Shown here piece after piece: positions 29,001 through 39,407 of a stretch of DNA of 64,000 nucleotides. Within the stretch, counting starts at the first letter, position 1. Every line of letters starts with the position of its first letter. This stretch comes from Roseibacillus sp. (GTDB taxonomy: Bacteria > Verrucomicrobiota > Verrucomicrobiia > Verrucomicrobiales > Akkermansiaceae), in contig CBDEUM010000029.1 of assembly GCA_965242925.1 (NCBI GenBank), positions 64,001-128,000 on the forward strand, written 5' to 3'. The notes under the pieces are model-generated. The model worked only from the letters and a program-made list of their open reading frames with translations. It had not been told where the DNA came from and ran no database searches. A program made the translations under genes and the position numbers.

Positions 29001-29116
29001 TGTGGAAGGCCTTTCCAGCCCGAGAGATCCTTGCCGTTGAATAGTTTTTCCGGGGCGGCCGACAAGACGGATACCAGGAACGAGAGTGCGGCAGTGGTCA
29101 ACAGGGCGTGTTTCAT
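26075..29116 (-). CDS. Exported DUF1080 + sugar-dehydrogenase-like beta-propeller + HEAT-like + blue-copper (cupredoxin) protein
   Basis: LFNGKDLSGW, NSGIQYR and GYQMDI (DUF1080); GEHGPH, GFRNQYD and DSDMEWD (propeller); HNL...CTYPGHGQLM type-1 Cu site; no CxxCH. Confidence 0.8.
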   Translation of the reverse strand: MKHALLTTAALSFLVSVLSAAPEKLFNGKDLSGWKGLPQFWSVQDGTIVGETTPEKPTGGNTFLVYQGKPVGDFELTLKVRVIGNNNSGIQYRSKVVNEQKWVVSGYQMDIHPSQNYLGMMYEEKGRGIIAQRGQKIKVGADGKRAIVGDFDTKKKINPAEWNTYTIVAKGNVLTHKVNGATTSEIVDEEKAKRSLSGVLALQLHGGGPMKVEAKDIVLTRISKKAAKKKPASKGEAVAHPEGFEVEKIYTVPKGQQGSWVSMAIDDKGRLYCSDQGKAGIWRITPGKELKVEKVPAPISGGHGLLWAFNRLYVCVNGGGVGGHGSGLYYLTDTNGDDQLDKVSPLRGLQGGGEHGPHAVVLTPDGKSLMVLGGNHTQPPKPEVYSVPKNYAEDLLLPRMTDARGHARNIRAPGGWIAKTDPDGKSWNFYSSGFRNQYDVAFNADGEMFTYDSDMEWDSGTPWYRPTRVYHCTSGSEFGWRTGTGKWPTWYPDSLPPTADIGPGCPTGVMSGLGSNFPADYQNAIYAFDWTYGTIYAIHLAPEGSSYRGVKEEFVTGVPLNVTDGVIGKDGNMYFAVGGRGTQSALYRVTYTGEASKERRFQDKEINRTLRMKRRQLEQYHGKAVAGSIDKVWSSLGHEDRFLRYAARVALEHQPASDWAARALKEGDLQTSLTALLALTRQGDASHQAALLDALSQHSPADMSEAQKLEALRVLSLCFIRMGKPDEATAEEIITAISPLYPAKTDALNRELVDMLVYLGAPDVVSKTVPLLSQEAVGLEEIEFDDDLLRRSGQYGNSFLNQKTNNPQRQQIHYAFALKNVSDGWTPELRKQFFTWFAKARNFKGGASFGGFINNFRNESLAKISDAKVKTEMDALSKAPARLVPEGYEQARKIEVGVLRGMKFDKNVLEAKVGERIAIVLTNNDPDGLMHNLAVIKPGARQSILEATIALGSTAIEKNFIPDSPALLGSTPQVAPGRRFTLYLTLPNKPGDYEYVCTYPGHGQLMWGTLKVK

Positions 29117-29323
29117 GGTCCGGAGTAGGTAGCGGAGCCACTCCCATGCGACAAGGCGCGTTTTACCCACTCGATCAGGTGACAATAACCGCCACCGCGC
29201 CTCAGGCCCGGGACTCCAGTTTTCCACGGAGCCACCGCCCCGTCCGGGATGGACCCTCGTTACACCATGATAGAGGTTGGAAACAGCACCTGCAGTGCTG
29301 GCTCCATCCCCCCGCAGTGTCCG

Positions 29324-29428
29324 TTAGGACTTGTAACGCAAGCGCTTCTTGTGGCGGTTGGCCTTCATCCGCTTCTTGCGCTTGTGCTTGTTGATCTTGG
29401 TCTTACGACGTTTTTTCAGAGAGCCCAT
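29324..29428 (-). CDS. Small basic ribosomal protein bS22 (AURKAIP1/COX24, mS38-like)
   Basis: Below the ORF-track cutoff. Reads MGSLKKRRKTKINKHKRKKRMKANRHKKRLRYKS (34 aa), matching MGS..KKRRK....HK.KK.....RH. Confidence 0.88.
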   Translation of the reverse strand: MGSLKKRRKTKINKHKRKKRMKANRHKKRLRYKS

Positions 29429-29467
29429 GGTGTGCAGTGGTTAGGGAGGTCGAAAGTCAGGATGAGG

Positions 29468-30352
29468 TCAGGGAACGATCTTGTTGAGCGGGTATTCGAT
29501 GATTCCTTCCGCTCCGAGTTCCTTGAGGTCGGGAACGAGATGGCGCACGGCAGATTCGTCGATGATTGTTTCCACGGCTAGCCAGCCGTTCTCCGCGAGG
29601 GAGCTTACGGTCGGGCGGCGGAGGGAGGGTAGGCGTTCCAAGACTTCGGGCAAGGACTTTTCGGGGAGGTTGAGCTTCAGTCCCACCTTGTCGCGGGCGG
29701 CCAGGGCAGCCTGAACCATGAGGACCATGCGCTCCATTTTCTGCCGCTTCCAGTCGTCCGCGAAGGCTGCTTTGGAGGCGAAGAAGTGCGGAAAGGAGAC
29801 GAGCAACTCATCCACGATACGCAGCTTGTTGGCCCGCAGGGAGGATCCTGTTTCGGTGACATCCACGATGGCGTCCACCAGGTCCGGTACCTTCACCTCG
29901 GTTGCTCCCCAGGAGAACTCAATGTCGGCATGGACTCCCTTGCTCTCGAGATAGCGCCTGGTGATGCCCACCCCTTCGGTGGCGATGCGCTTCCCTTCAA
30001 GATCCTGCACAGTCCTGATGGGAGAGTCTTCGGGGACCACCAGGACCCAGCGTGTGGGGCGTACCGAGGAGCGGGAGTAGGGGAGTTCGGCCAGATCCTC
30101 CAGATCTGCTTCGTTTTCGTAGACCCAGTCGTAACCGGTGATTCCACAGTCGAGAAATCCGTCGTGGATGTAGGACCCGATCTCCTGGGCCCGGATCATG
30201 AAGATATCGAGCTCGGGGTCATCGGATGAGGGCCGCAGGCCGCGCGATGACGAGTAGACGTGGTAGCCGGCCTTCGCGAGGAGGGCGAGGGTTGGCTCCT
30301 GCAGGCTGCCCTTGGGCAGTGCGATGCGTAGAGTGTTCGCTGAATCGTCCAC
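29468..30352 (-). CDS. hisG: ATP phosphoribosyltransferase, long form
   Basis: [33 protein letters not shown] and a C-terminal regulatory domain; start (GTG 30352) is approximate. Confidence 0.93.
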   Translation of the reverse strand: MDDSANTLRIALPKGSLQEPTLALLAKAGYHVYSSSRGLRPSSDDPELDIFMIRAQEIGSYIHDGFLDCGITGYDWVYENEADLEDLAELPYSRSSVRPTRWVLVVPEDSPIRTVQDLEGKRIATEGVGITRRYLESKGVHADIEFSWGATEVKVPDLVDAIVDVTETGSSLRANKLRIVDELLVSFPHFFASKAAFADDWKRQKMERMVLMVQAALAARDKVGLKLNLPEKSLPEVLERLPSLRRPTVSSLAENGWLAVETIIDESAVRHLVPDLKELGAEGIIEYPLNKIVP

Positions 30353-30548
30353 GGTGGACCCGGCGGGGGGCGGGGGTTTTACCTGTGAACGGCGCTGAAT
30401 CAACGCTAATCTGGCCCCCAGCGCACCGGAACCTGTAATTTGAGGCAGCTCCTGCCTGCCTTGAAGCGAAGGATTCGGGTTCGTGCCGACGTGACGTCAC
30501 GATGGGGAAACACCCCTGGAGCCCGGATTCGTGCCGGTATCGGGGGAT

Positions 30549-31040
30549 TCAGGCTTGGGTCAGGGCCCAGCGGATTAAGGGGAGGTGCTCGGGGCTCACC
30601 GAGGACAGAATCTCGTCACGAAAGGCCTGCTCCTGGGCCTGATAACGTTCGATCAGCTGCTCGGTGACTGAGATTTCCCACATGCGGCGGGTGATCTCAT
30701 CAAGCGGATTTTTGTGGGGAGCGCGGCCCGATTCGCCACTGCCGGCCCGTTCCTCCCCCCGCAGGGCATTGGTTCCGAGCAGATAGGGAGCGAGTTCGAC
30801 CACCTGCCGGTCGCGTAGTTCGACGGTGGCATCTTGATCGCCCCGCAGCAGCATGAGTTCGGGGAAAAGTCCGCGAATCTTACGGACGAGGGAGCCGCAG
30901 CCGTTGGACCGGATGGCTTCGGCACCGCCCAGATCGCGCACTGCGACGGCCAGTTCTTCCGTCATCCTCGCCCGGTCGGTGGGGAGCGGGACTAATTTCT
31001 GGGCTTCAAAGGGAGAATCAGCAGCGGAGGAAGAGCTCAT
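30549..31040 (-). CDS. Hypothetical protein, mostly helical
   Basis: Only sizeable ORF filling the gap; protein-like composition; no motif recognised. Confidence 0.6.
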   Translation of the reverse strand: MSSSSAADSPFEAQKLVPLPTDRARMTEELAVAVRDLGGAEAIRSNGCGSLVRKIRGLFPELMLLRGDQDATVELRDRQVVELAPYLLGTNALRGEERAGSGESGRAPHKNPLDEITRRMWEISVTEQLIERYQAQEQAFRDEILSSVSPEHLPLIRWALTQA

Positions 31041-31109
31041 GATCTAGGTAGTTTCTGGTAATTCCTTGAAATGGAGGGATTTGGTCGGGGAAACCTCGGC
31101 GAACGGTGA

Positions 31110-31282
31110 TAGTTCTACTTCCTTATAAATTAGTTTTCCAGCTAATTTTTAATATTTCGCTTTAGTTAAATATTCATAAAATGGCGGAATACGCACAAAC
31201 AATAGACGCCGTAATAGGCAGCTCAGCAAAATTAATTTAGCAAAAACTTGCTATTTGGGACTAACTTTAACAAATTTCCGAG
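31110..31282. promoter_or_regulatory. AT-rich divergent promoter region with several inverted repeats
   Basis: About 31% GC over 31121-31280. AAATTAG-N8-CTAATTT (31127-31148), AATATTT-N10-AAATATT (31151-31174), AAATTAATTT (31229-31238) and TAGCAA-N4-TTGCTA (31238-31253). Confidence 0.6.
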
Positions 31283-31789
31283 GTGAGCACGCCTTCCCGA
31301 TTCGAACACTTGGCCGACGACCTCTGGCAGCTGAGCTTGGCCGAGCTGCGTCATTTTCAGGGCGTGATTGCCAAAATCATGGCTGCCAAGGAGGAAATTG
31401 CGGCAGTTTCGGAGACTTCTGCCGAGGAGCGGGATCGGGTTGCCGCGATGGAACTCAAGGAGATTCGCGATTATCTGGAGAATGAGGAAGTGCCACTATC
31501 GGGCCCTGAAGCGGTGGTTCTGGCGGCTTACTGCAAGCATCAGGAGGGGACGGAGCTCCTTGACTCGAAGGGGCTCAACATTTTCCTCGATTCGTATGGC
31601 CGCAAACCTGCCAATACCACCACGGTGGTCGAAAAGCTGGGCAAGCGCCGCCTGATAGGAATCGAGGACGACGGTCCTCATTCCCACAAGAAGTTCAAGC
31701 TTACCGACTCCGGGAGGGACGAGGCGTGGGACATTCTCATCCGCCTGCGTCGTGGTCGCGGGCGTTCGCATTTGACGGCAGTGAGCTGA
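31283..31789 (+). CDS. Hypothetical DNA-binding protein (N-terminal coiled helix, C-terminal winged HTH)
   Basis: C-terminus TTVVEKLGKRRLI...KKFKLTDSGR fits the wHTH helix-wing-LT.G pattern. Confidence 0.6.
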   Translation: MSTPSRFEHLADDLWQLSLAELRHFQGVIAKIMAAKEEIAAVSETSAEERDRVAAMELKEIRDYLENEEVPLSGPEAVVLAAYCKHQEGTELLDSKGLNIFLDSYGRKPANTTTVVEKLGKRRLIGIEDDGPHSHKKFKLTDSGRDEAWDILIRLRRGRGRSHLTAVS

Positions 31790-31949
31790 GGGGAGTTCAA
31801 GTTCCGGATCTCAGACTTCAAATGGATCTGAAATACGGGCTCGCGGGTCCGGGTTCTGAAGGTTGAGAATCCCGACCGGTTCTACGGACGACGGTATTAC
31901 GCTATTACGCCTTGCACCCACCTGCGGGTTCCCCAATCCTGCGCCGCCC

Positions 31950-33950
<2,001 letters not shown>

Positions 33951-34084
33951 TTCCAGGCTGATTCCATCATTTTTCGGGTAGGGGAAGGTGCGGATCCCGG
34001 GTGCAAAAGGAGCAAAAGGGACTGTTGTCCCCTGGGGTGACCTGCTTAACTGGGGGCGCTTCGGGAGAGCCGGAGCCTTTCCGG

Positions 34085-34235
34085 GGAGGCCCGTGGCACG
34101 GGCAGGAAATAGATGGGGAATCCGGTGTGAATTCGGAGCGGTCCCGCCACTGTGAGGCTGGTGCCCTGAGCGCTGGCCAAGCCAGACTACCAGCCTTGGA
34201 AGGATGTTCATTGAGCCCGCCAGTGACGGGCGGTA
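34085..34235 (+). promoter_or_regulatory. Cobalamin riboswitch
   Basis: GGGAA-TCCGGTGTGAATTCGGA (T-loop stem)-GCGGTCCCGCCACTGTGA...AAGCCAGACTACC B12-box-like element; downstream CCGCC/GGCGG hairpin; directly upstream of a TonB receptor. Boundaries approximate. Confidence 0.9.
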
Positions 34236-34248
34236 GAACATTGACCAA

Positions 34249-36075
34249 GTGAAGAGATTGATCATAGCGACGCCAGTGGTGGTCGCAGCAGGGTTGGCCG
34301 GGGCCGGGGTGGCGATGGCCCAGTCGGGGGCGCAGGAACTCTCCGAAATGGTGGTGGTAGCGAACCGCCTGGAAACACCGATGGAGAACGTGGGGAGTAC
34401 GTTTTCCGCCCTGGAGGTAGAGCTCCTGGAGCGACGCGGAATTGTAACCCTGGAAGATTCTCTCCGTCTCGTTCCCGGGACGGGCATCGGATCGGAGGGA
34501 GGGCAGCGTGGCTCGATCTCGGCCTTGCGGATGCGCGGATCGGAGTCGGACCACACCCTGCTGCTCATTGACGGGATGCGGGTCACCGATGCCAATGTCA
34601 CACCCTTCAACCTGCTCGGTGGAGAGACGTTGCATGGTTATTCACGAGTTAGCGTCCTGCGGGGACCGCAGAGTGCTCTCTATGGGAGCGAAGCGATCGG
34701 CGGGGTAGTGAAACTGGACACCCGGGTGGGATCGGGTGAGGGCGACCACCGGGCTTTTTTAGGGGGAGGGTCCTTTGGGAGCCTGCGCGGGGGAGCTGAG
34801 TTCCAGGGCGAGTCCGGTGAGACCCGGTGGTATCTTGGTGGTAGTCACGAGATGACCGCCAATGATCGGGTCGGCAATGATTTCGAGCAGAGCCAGTTTG
34901 CTCTGCGGGTGGAGCAGGACCTTGGTTCAGACACCGTGGCCGGCTTTACCGCACGGGCCTGGATGAGCGCTCTGGAGAATCCCGGACCTATCGGACCCTT
35001 TGCCACCCGGGCGGTAGACGATCGAGAAGCCTGCCTCGCTACGGGCTACCTCGAGCATTTTGCCAGTGAACGGTTCCGCAGCAAGGTTGTCGTGGGTTAC
35101 TATCGCGAGGAGTTTGAGGAGCGGGGTGCCTTTCCTTTCGAGAGCGAAGCGGAAAAGGTCTCTCTCGACCTGCGCAACGTGGTGAGCTGGAGTGATCGGC
35201 ACGAGACGGTAGTGGGCGGATTGCTGGAATGGTCCTCCTTCCGTTCAACGGGTACTCCGGTGGATGAGGATGGCTGGTTGAGCGGACTCTATGCCAACCA
35301 TGTGTGGCAACCCATCGGGGGGGTGACCGCCTCCGTGGGAGGACGGTGGGAGCATCTAGCGCGCTGGGGAGATGCCTTTACCTGGCGTGTCACTGGAAGC
35401 TGGCAAACCCCCGTGAATGGCGTGCGGTTGCGCGGAAGCTCCGGGACCGGGTTCCGGGCTCCCTCCTATTTTGAACTGTTTGGCGCCATCCCGGCTTTTG
35501 ACTTCGCGGGGAATCCGAACCTTAGGGAGGAGCGTTCCCGGGGATGGGACGTGGGCGTGGAGTGGCAGCCCTGCGAGGGGCTTCTGTTTGACGTGACCTG
35601 GTTTCACAACCGCATCGAGGACCTGATTGATTTCAAACCGGTCAACATCGGCAGGGTGACCACGCGGGGCATCGAGGTGAGTGCCGGGGGGAGACTTGTC
35701 GGAGATCACATCACCTGGCGGGGATGTTATACCTGGCTGGAAGCCAATGACGACACCTCCAATATCCGCCTGGTGCGGCGAGCCCGGCACCGGGTTAGTC
35801 TGGATCTCCAGAGTGAGCTCACTGATCGTGTCCTGGTGGGAGTCGGGGGGACTTGTGTCAGCGGTATGGTGGACAACGACTTCAGTGTGTTTCCCGCTGC
35901 CCGGAGGTCGCTCGACGAGATCATCCTCCTGCGGTCCTACTGCAGATACAGGGTGAGCGATGATGTTTCGCTGCATGGTCGCGTCGAGAACCTGTTGGAT
36001 TGCGATTACGAGGAAGTGGCCAACTTCCCCGGTCGGGGGTTGGGTGTGTTCGGGGGAGTGCAGGTGCGGTGGTGA
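34249..36075 (+). CDS. btuB: TonB-dependent receptor, probable cobalamin transporter
   Basis: EMVVVANR TonB box; plug motifs RG...TLLLIDG and VLRGPQSALYGSEAIGGVV; GFRAPS, NPNL and ENLLD; C-terminal W; follows the B12 riboswitch. Confidence 0.85.
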   Translation: MKRLIIATPVVVAAGLAGAGVAMAQSGAQELSEMVVVANRLETPMENVGSTFSALEVELLERRGIVTLEDSLRLVPGTGIGSEGGQRGSISALRMRGSESDHTLLLIDGMRVTDANVTPFNLLGGETLHGYSRVSVLRGPQSALYGSEAIGGVVKLDTRVGSGEGDHRAFLGGGSFGSLRGGAEFQGESGETRWYLGGSHEMTANDRVGNDFEQSQFALRVEQDLGSDTVAGFTARAWMSALENPGPIGPFATRAVDDREACLATGYLEHFASERFRSKVVVGYYREEFEERGAFPFESEAEKVSLDLRNVVSWSDRHETVVGGLLEWSSFRSTGTPVDEDGWLSGLYANHVWQPIGGVTASVGGRWEHLARWGDAFTWRVTGSWQTPVNGVRLRGSSGTGFRAPSYFELFGAIPAFDFAGNPNLREERSRGWDVGVEWQPCEGLLFDVTWFHNRIEDLIDFKPVNIGRVTTRGIEVSAGGRLVGDHITWRGCYTWLEANDDTSNIRLVRRARHRVSLDLQSELTDRVLVGVGGTCVSGMVDNDFSVFPAARRSLDEIILLRSYCRYRVSDDVSLHGRVENLLDCDYEEVANFPGRGLGVFGGVQVRW

Positions 36076-36135
36076 ATTGCGCGCACGGTGGGGACCGGGT
36101 GGAGCGCCGGTCGGCGTCGCGGGGAAAACCGCATG

Positions 36136-37137
36136 TCAGTTCAACTGCGTGCGCGGCGGATCGCCCACATAGAGGACCTGGGAGGCGGTGTCCAGGAGGG
36201 CCCTGCTCTCTTCCAGGAAATCCATTCCGACGATGCCGTCGACGGGGCGGCCGGAGCGGTCCCGGAAGGTACGGCGGATGGTTTTGAGAGGGGTCACGGC
36301 GACCTGGAATTCGCTGACCTCAAGTTGACCGAAGACGACTTCCCGGAGGACTGCGGTACGGACGGAGGCACGGTCACCGGAGGCATCGATGATCTTGGAG
36401 CGCGAGGCGATGGTGGGAACGCCGAGGCGCTGCACGGTTTCGGCGGCCATCACGGTCACCTCCGCCCCGGTGTCGACTACCCAGGTCAAAAGTTTGCCCT
36501 GATAGCGGCATCTGACGAGGAGGTGGGGAAGGCGGCCGGCAGTTTCGAGGCGCAAGGAATCGAAGCCTAGGCCTTCGTGGTGGCCCAGGGCCCGGATATT
36601 ACCGTGTCGCGCGTTCTTGGCCTGTGGTCCGGGGAGCCAGAGCTTGCCGGTCTGCAGGTCAATCAGGGCGGCCAGTCCGCTCAGCGCATCGAGTCCGATC
36701 TGGCCGTCATAGCGGCTGGTAGCGGTGTGGCGTTTAGTGGGCGGAGCGAGCATGAAGGGGAAAGGTGTGGCGGTGACTTGTCCGGCTTCCAGGGCCCCGA
36801 GACCAACCCAGGAACTGACCGGACGTCCGAGCGCGCCACGGCTCACGATCTTGAGCGACTTCTCGGGCTTGATGCCGAAGGAAGTGGCCAGTTCGTAATC
36901 GAGATCAGTGCTGTTGGCGCCCGAATCGATGAGGAAACGCACGTCCTTGCCATTGACCCGGAAGCGACCGGAATAGCGTGAATCGCCGGTCGACTTCTTC
37001 AATTGGAGCGGTTCGTAGCCGAGGGCAGCCAGGCGGTGGGAGCGTGGGGTGGGGCTACGCGCGGTGGGTCCGATGGCGCATTGGGTGAGGAGGATGGCGA
37101 CGAGAACCGGAGAGGCGAAGCGCAGGACCCAAGGCAT
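36136..37137 (-). CDS. Two-domain retropepsin-like aspartyl protease, probable lipoprotein
   Basis: FLIDSGA...DGQIGLD and WVVDTGA...DGIVGMD; LLTQC lipobox-like motif. Confidence 0.8.
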   Translation of the reverse strand: MPWVLRFASPVLVAILLTQCAIGPTARSPTPRSHRLAALGYEPLQLKKSTGDSRYSGRFRVNGKDVRFLIDSGANSTDLDYELATSFGIKPEKSLKIVSRGALGRPVSSWVGLGALEAGQVTATPFPFMLAPPTKRHTATSRYDGQIGLDALSGLAALIDLQTGKLWLPGPQAKNARHGNIRALGHHEGLGFDSLRLETAGRLPHLLVRCRYQGKLLTWVVDTGAEVTVMAAETVQRLGVPTIASRSKIIDASGDRASVRTAVLREVVFGQLEVSEFQVAVTPLKTIRRTFRDRSGRPVDGIVGMDFLEESRALLDTASQVLYVGDPPRTQLN

Positions 37138-37205
37138 GAGCAAGTGTAATTCGAAAATTCTCAAATACTAATTTCTAGGTGAGAAACTCAGAGCGGAGGA
37201 CGGAT

Positions 37206-38393
37206 TCAGGAGAAGCGGACGGAGTGTTTCTTCGAGAGACGAAGGATGTCGCCGGGTTGCGGCTCTACCGGGGCGTTGGGGTCGGTGAGCTTTTCACCGT
37301 TGAGCTGGACCGCTCCCGTTGAGATGAACTGTTTCTTGAGCTCGCCGTTGGATTTCGCCTGATCGAAGCCCGCCTGGTAGGCATGGGCGGCCAGATGCAG
37401 GACGGTGAGGTCGCCAGGAAGTCCGGCCGTGTCCAGTTCGGGAAGATCTGCACTGGCGAGGTCTCTCCTGGAAAAGCGGGTTTCCCAATCCTCCCGTGCG
37501 GCTGATCCTTCCTGCCCACTGTGGAAGCGGGTGGTGATCCGCTGCGCCAGCTGTTTCTTGGCCTCCATGGGATGGAGGTCATCGTCACGGGACTCGCCCA
37601 GCAGGAGGAGGTAGTAGCGATCCATGAGATCATCCGAGATGCTCATGAGCTTGCCGAACATTTCGTTGGGAGGCTCGGAGACCCCGACGTAGTTGTCATA
37701 GGACTTGGACATCTTCCTGACCCCATCCGTTCCCTCCAGAAGCGGCATGGTCATGACCACCTGCTGGGGCTGTCCCTCCTCCTTCTGCAGGTCCCGGCCG
37801 ACCAGGAGATTGAAGAGCTGGTCGGTGCCTCCAAGTTCCACATCGGCACGCACTTCCACCGAGTCCCAGCCCTGCACGATGGGATACTGGATTTCGTGGA
37901 GGCGCACTTCCTGTCCCTTGTCGATGCGCTTCCTGAAGTCATCCCGTTGCAGCATCTGTTGCATGGTCACCCGGGCGTTGAGTCGCAGGACATCCTCGAA
38001 AGTCATTTGCCGAAACCACTCGCCGTTGAAAACCACTTCGGTCCTGTTCTTGTCCAGGACCTTGAAAGCCTGCGTGGTGTAGGTTTCAGCGTTGGCGAGA
38101 ATAGCCTCGCGGCTCAGCGGTGGGCGGGTGGCGCTGCGCCCGGAAGGATCGCCGATGGCCGCGGTGAAATCGCCGATGATGAGGACGGCCTGGTGTCCGA
38201 GTTCCTGGAACTGCCGGAGTTTCTCGAAGACCACGGTGTGACCGAGGTGGATGTCGGGGGAGGTGGGATCGAGCCCGAGCTTGGCACGGAGGGGTCGATC
38301 TTCCCCCAGTTTGTCAGCCAGTTCCTCTGGGGAGAGGACTTTCTCGGTGCCAGCGCAGAGGGTGGCGAGGGCTTGATCGACGTCCGGCGGCAT
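37206..38393 (-). CDS. tyrS: Tyrosyl-tRNA synthetase
   Basis: GLDPTSPDIHLGH (HIGH), IGDPSG, YPIVQGWD, GGTDQ, KMSKS and an S4-like tail. Confidence 0.96.
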   Translation of the reverse strand: MPPDVDQALATLCAGTEKVLSPEELADKLGEDRPLRAKLGLDPTSPDIHLGHTVVFEKLRQFQELGHQAVLIIGDFTAAIGDPSGRSATRPPLSREAILANAETYTTQAFKVLDKNRTEVVFNGEWFRQMTFEDVLRLNARVTMQQMLQRDDFRKRIDKGQEVRLHEIQYPIVQGWDSVEVRADVELGGTDQLFNLLVGRDLQKEEGQPQQVVMTMPLLEGTDGVRKMSKSYDNYVGVSEPPNEMFGKLMSISDDLMDRYYLLLLGESRDDDLHPMEAKKQLAQRITTRFHSGQEGSAAREDWETRFSRRDLASADLPELDTAGLPGDLTVLHLAAHAYQAGFDQAKSNGELKKQFISTGAVQLNGEKLTDPNAPVEPQPGDILRLSKKHSVRFS

Positions 38394-38453
38394 GTCGGAA
38401 AGAGTTCTACGCGAGGGGGGCGGCTGGACAAGACAGATTCGGTGTGATTAACG

Positions 38454-39128
38454 ATGAGCATGAGCGCAGAAATGCTTTCGCAGCCGCCGTCCTCGTCGGT
38501 GGCGGATGTCGAGCCCGGGCGAATCAAGGTCTTCGGGATCATTCACATCATCTTTGGTGGCCTTGGCTTGGTGGGATCAGCCTTCGGGGTGGCGGCCCTC
38601 CTGGTCCTGAATCCTGTGCTTTCCTGGTTGGAGGAAACGATCAGGCAGGAGATCCCTTCAGGGGACGTGGCCGGGCCCGAAGTGGAGACCATGCTGGAAT
38701 CCTTCGGGGCGATGAGGACGCTAATGAGTGACCTGTCCCTGCTCTATTGGGTCTCCGCCGTTACCGGGCTGGTGGTAGCGATCCTAATTCTTTGGGCGGG
38801 TATACGGTTGATTAGAAAGCGCAAGGACGCGGTGCGATGCTCCAATATCTACACGTGGGCCTCCATCGTGAAATGGCTCCTCTATCTTGGACTCTATCTC
38901 GTGACCGGACCGGCAGCGATGAAGAGTTACTATGGGAAGCTCGAAAGCATTGTGGGGGGGAGTGGTGTCCCGGCGCCGGGTGGGATGAACCTGATGCAGT
39001 TCCAGGAGGTGATCGGGGTGGCGACAACGGTGATTGGCGGAGTTCTGGCGCTGATCTATCCGATCCTGTCCTTCGCCATGCTCAACAAAATGCTGGTAAA
39101 GGATTTTCTTGCGCGCAACGGAACCTAG
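38454..39128 (+). CDS. Hypothetical integral membrane protein (about 4 TM helices)
   Basis: Four long hydrophobic segments. Confidence 0.7.
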   Translation: MSMSAEMLSQPPSSSVADVEPGRIKVFGIIHIIFGGLGLVGSAFGVAALLVLNPVLSWLEETIRQEIPSGDVAGPEVETMLESFGAMRTLMSDLSLLYWVSAVTGLVVAILILWAGIRLIRKRKDAVRCSNIYTWASIVKWLLYLGLYLVTGPAAMKSYYGKLESIVGGSGVPAPGGMNLMQFQEVIGVATTVIGGVLALIYPILSFAMLNKMLVKDFLARNGT

Positions 39129-39182
39129 CGCGGTCCCCGCCGGGCTTGCTCGCAGGGGAGGCGATTCGCAGGACACGGAGGG

Positions 39183-39259
39183 TGGGGCGACCGACGGGAC
39201 TTGAACCCGCGACAACCTGAACCACAATCAGGGGCTCTACCAACTGAGCTACGGCCGCC
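39183..39259 (-). tRNA. tRNA-His (GTG)
   Basis: GGCGGCCGTAGCTCAGTTGGTAGAGCCCCTGATTGTGGTTCAGGTTGTCGCGGGTTCAAGTCCCGTCGGTCGCCCCA: cloverleaf, GTG anticodon, G-1:C73 pair, encoded CCA. Confidence 0.97.
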
Positions 39260-39274
39260 GTCTCCGGGACCGGG

Positions 39275-39302
39275 AATTTAGGCCCGCCCCGAGACGATTC
39301 AA
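39275..39302 (-). promoter_or_regulatory. Putative sigma70 promoter of tRNA-His
   Basis: TTGAAT-16 nt-TAAATT followed by a GC-rich discriminator, just upstream of the tRNA. Confidence 0.5.
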
Positions 39303-39407
39303 GAGTAAAGATGCAGGTGGACAGGTCTGGTTCGAGCGGGGAAGCGGCTCCGCCCGTGCAACATCCTTTACCCCTCGCTTCATATTCCGTAATTCCTTGT
39401 CCGGAAG

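Noticed and set aside
39183..39259. tRNA-His as an integration site for a genomic island
   Set aside because: No integrase, no duplicated tRNA 3' end noticed, and the flanks are tyrS and rnc at normal GC.
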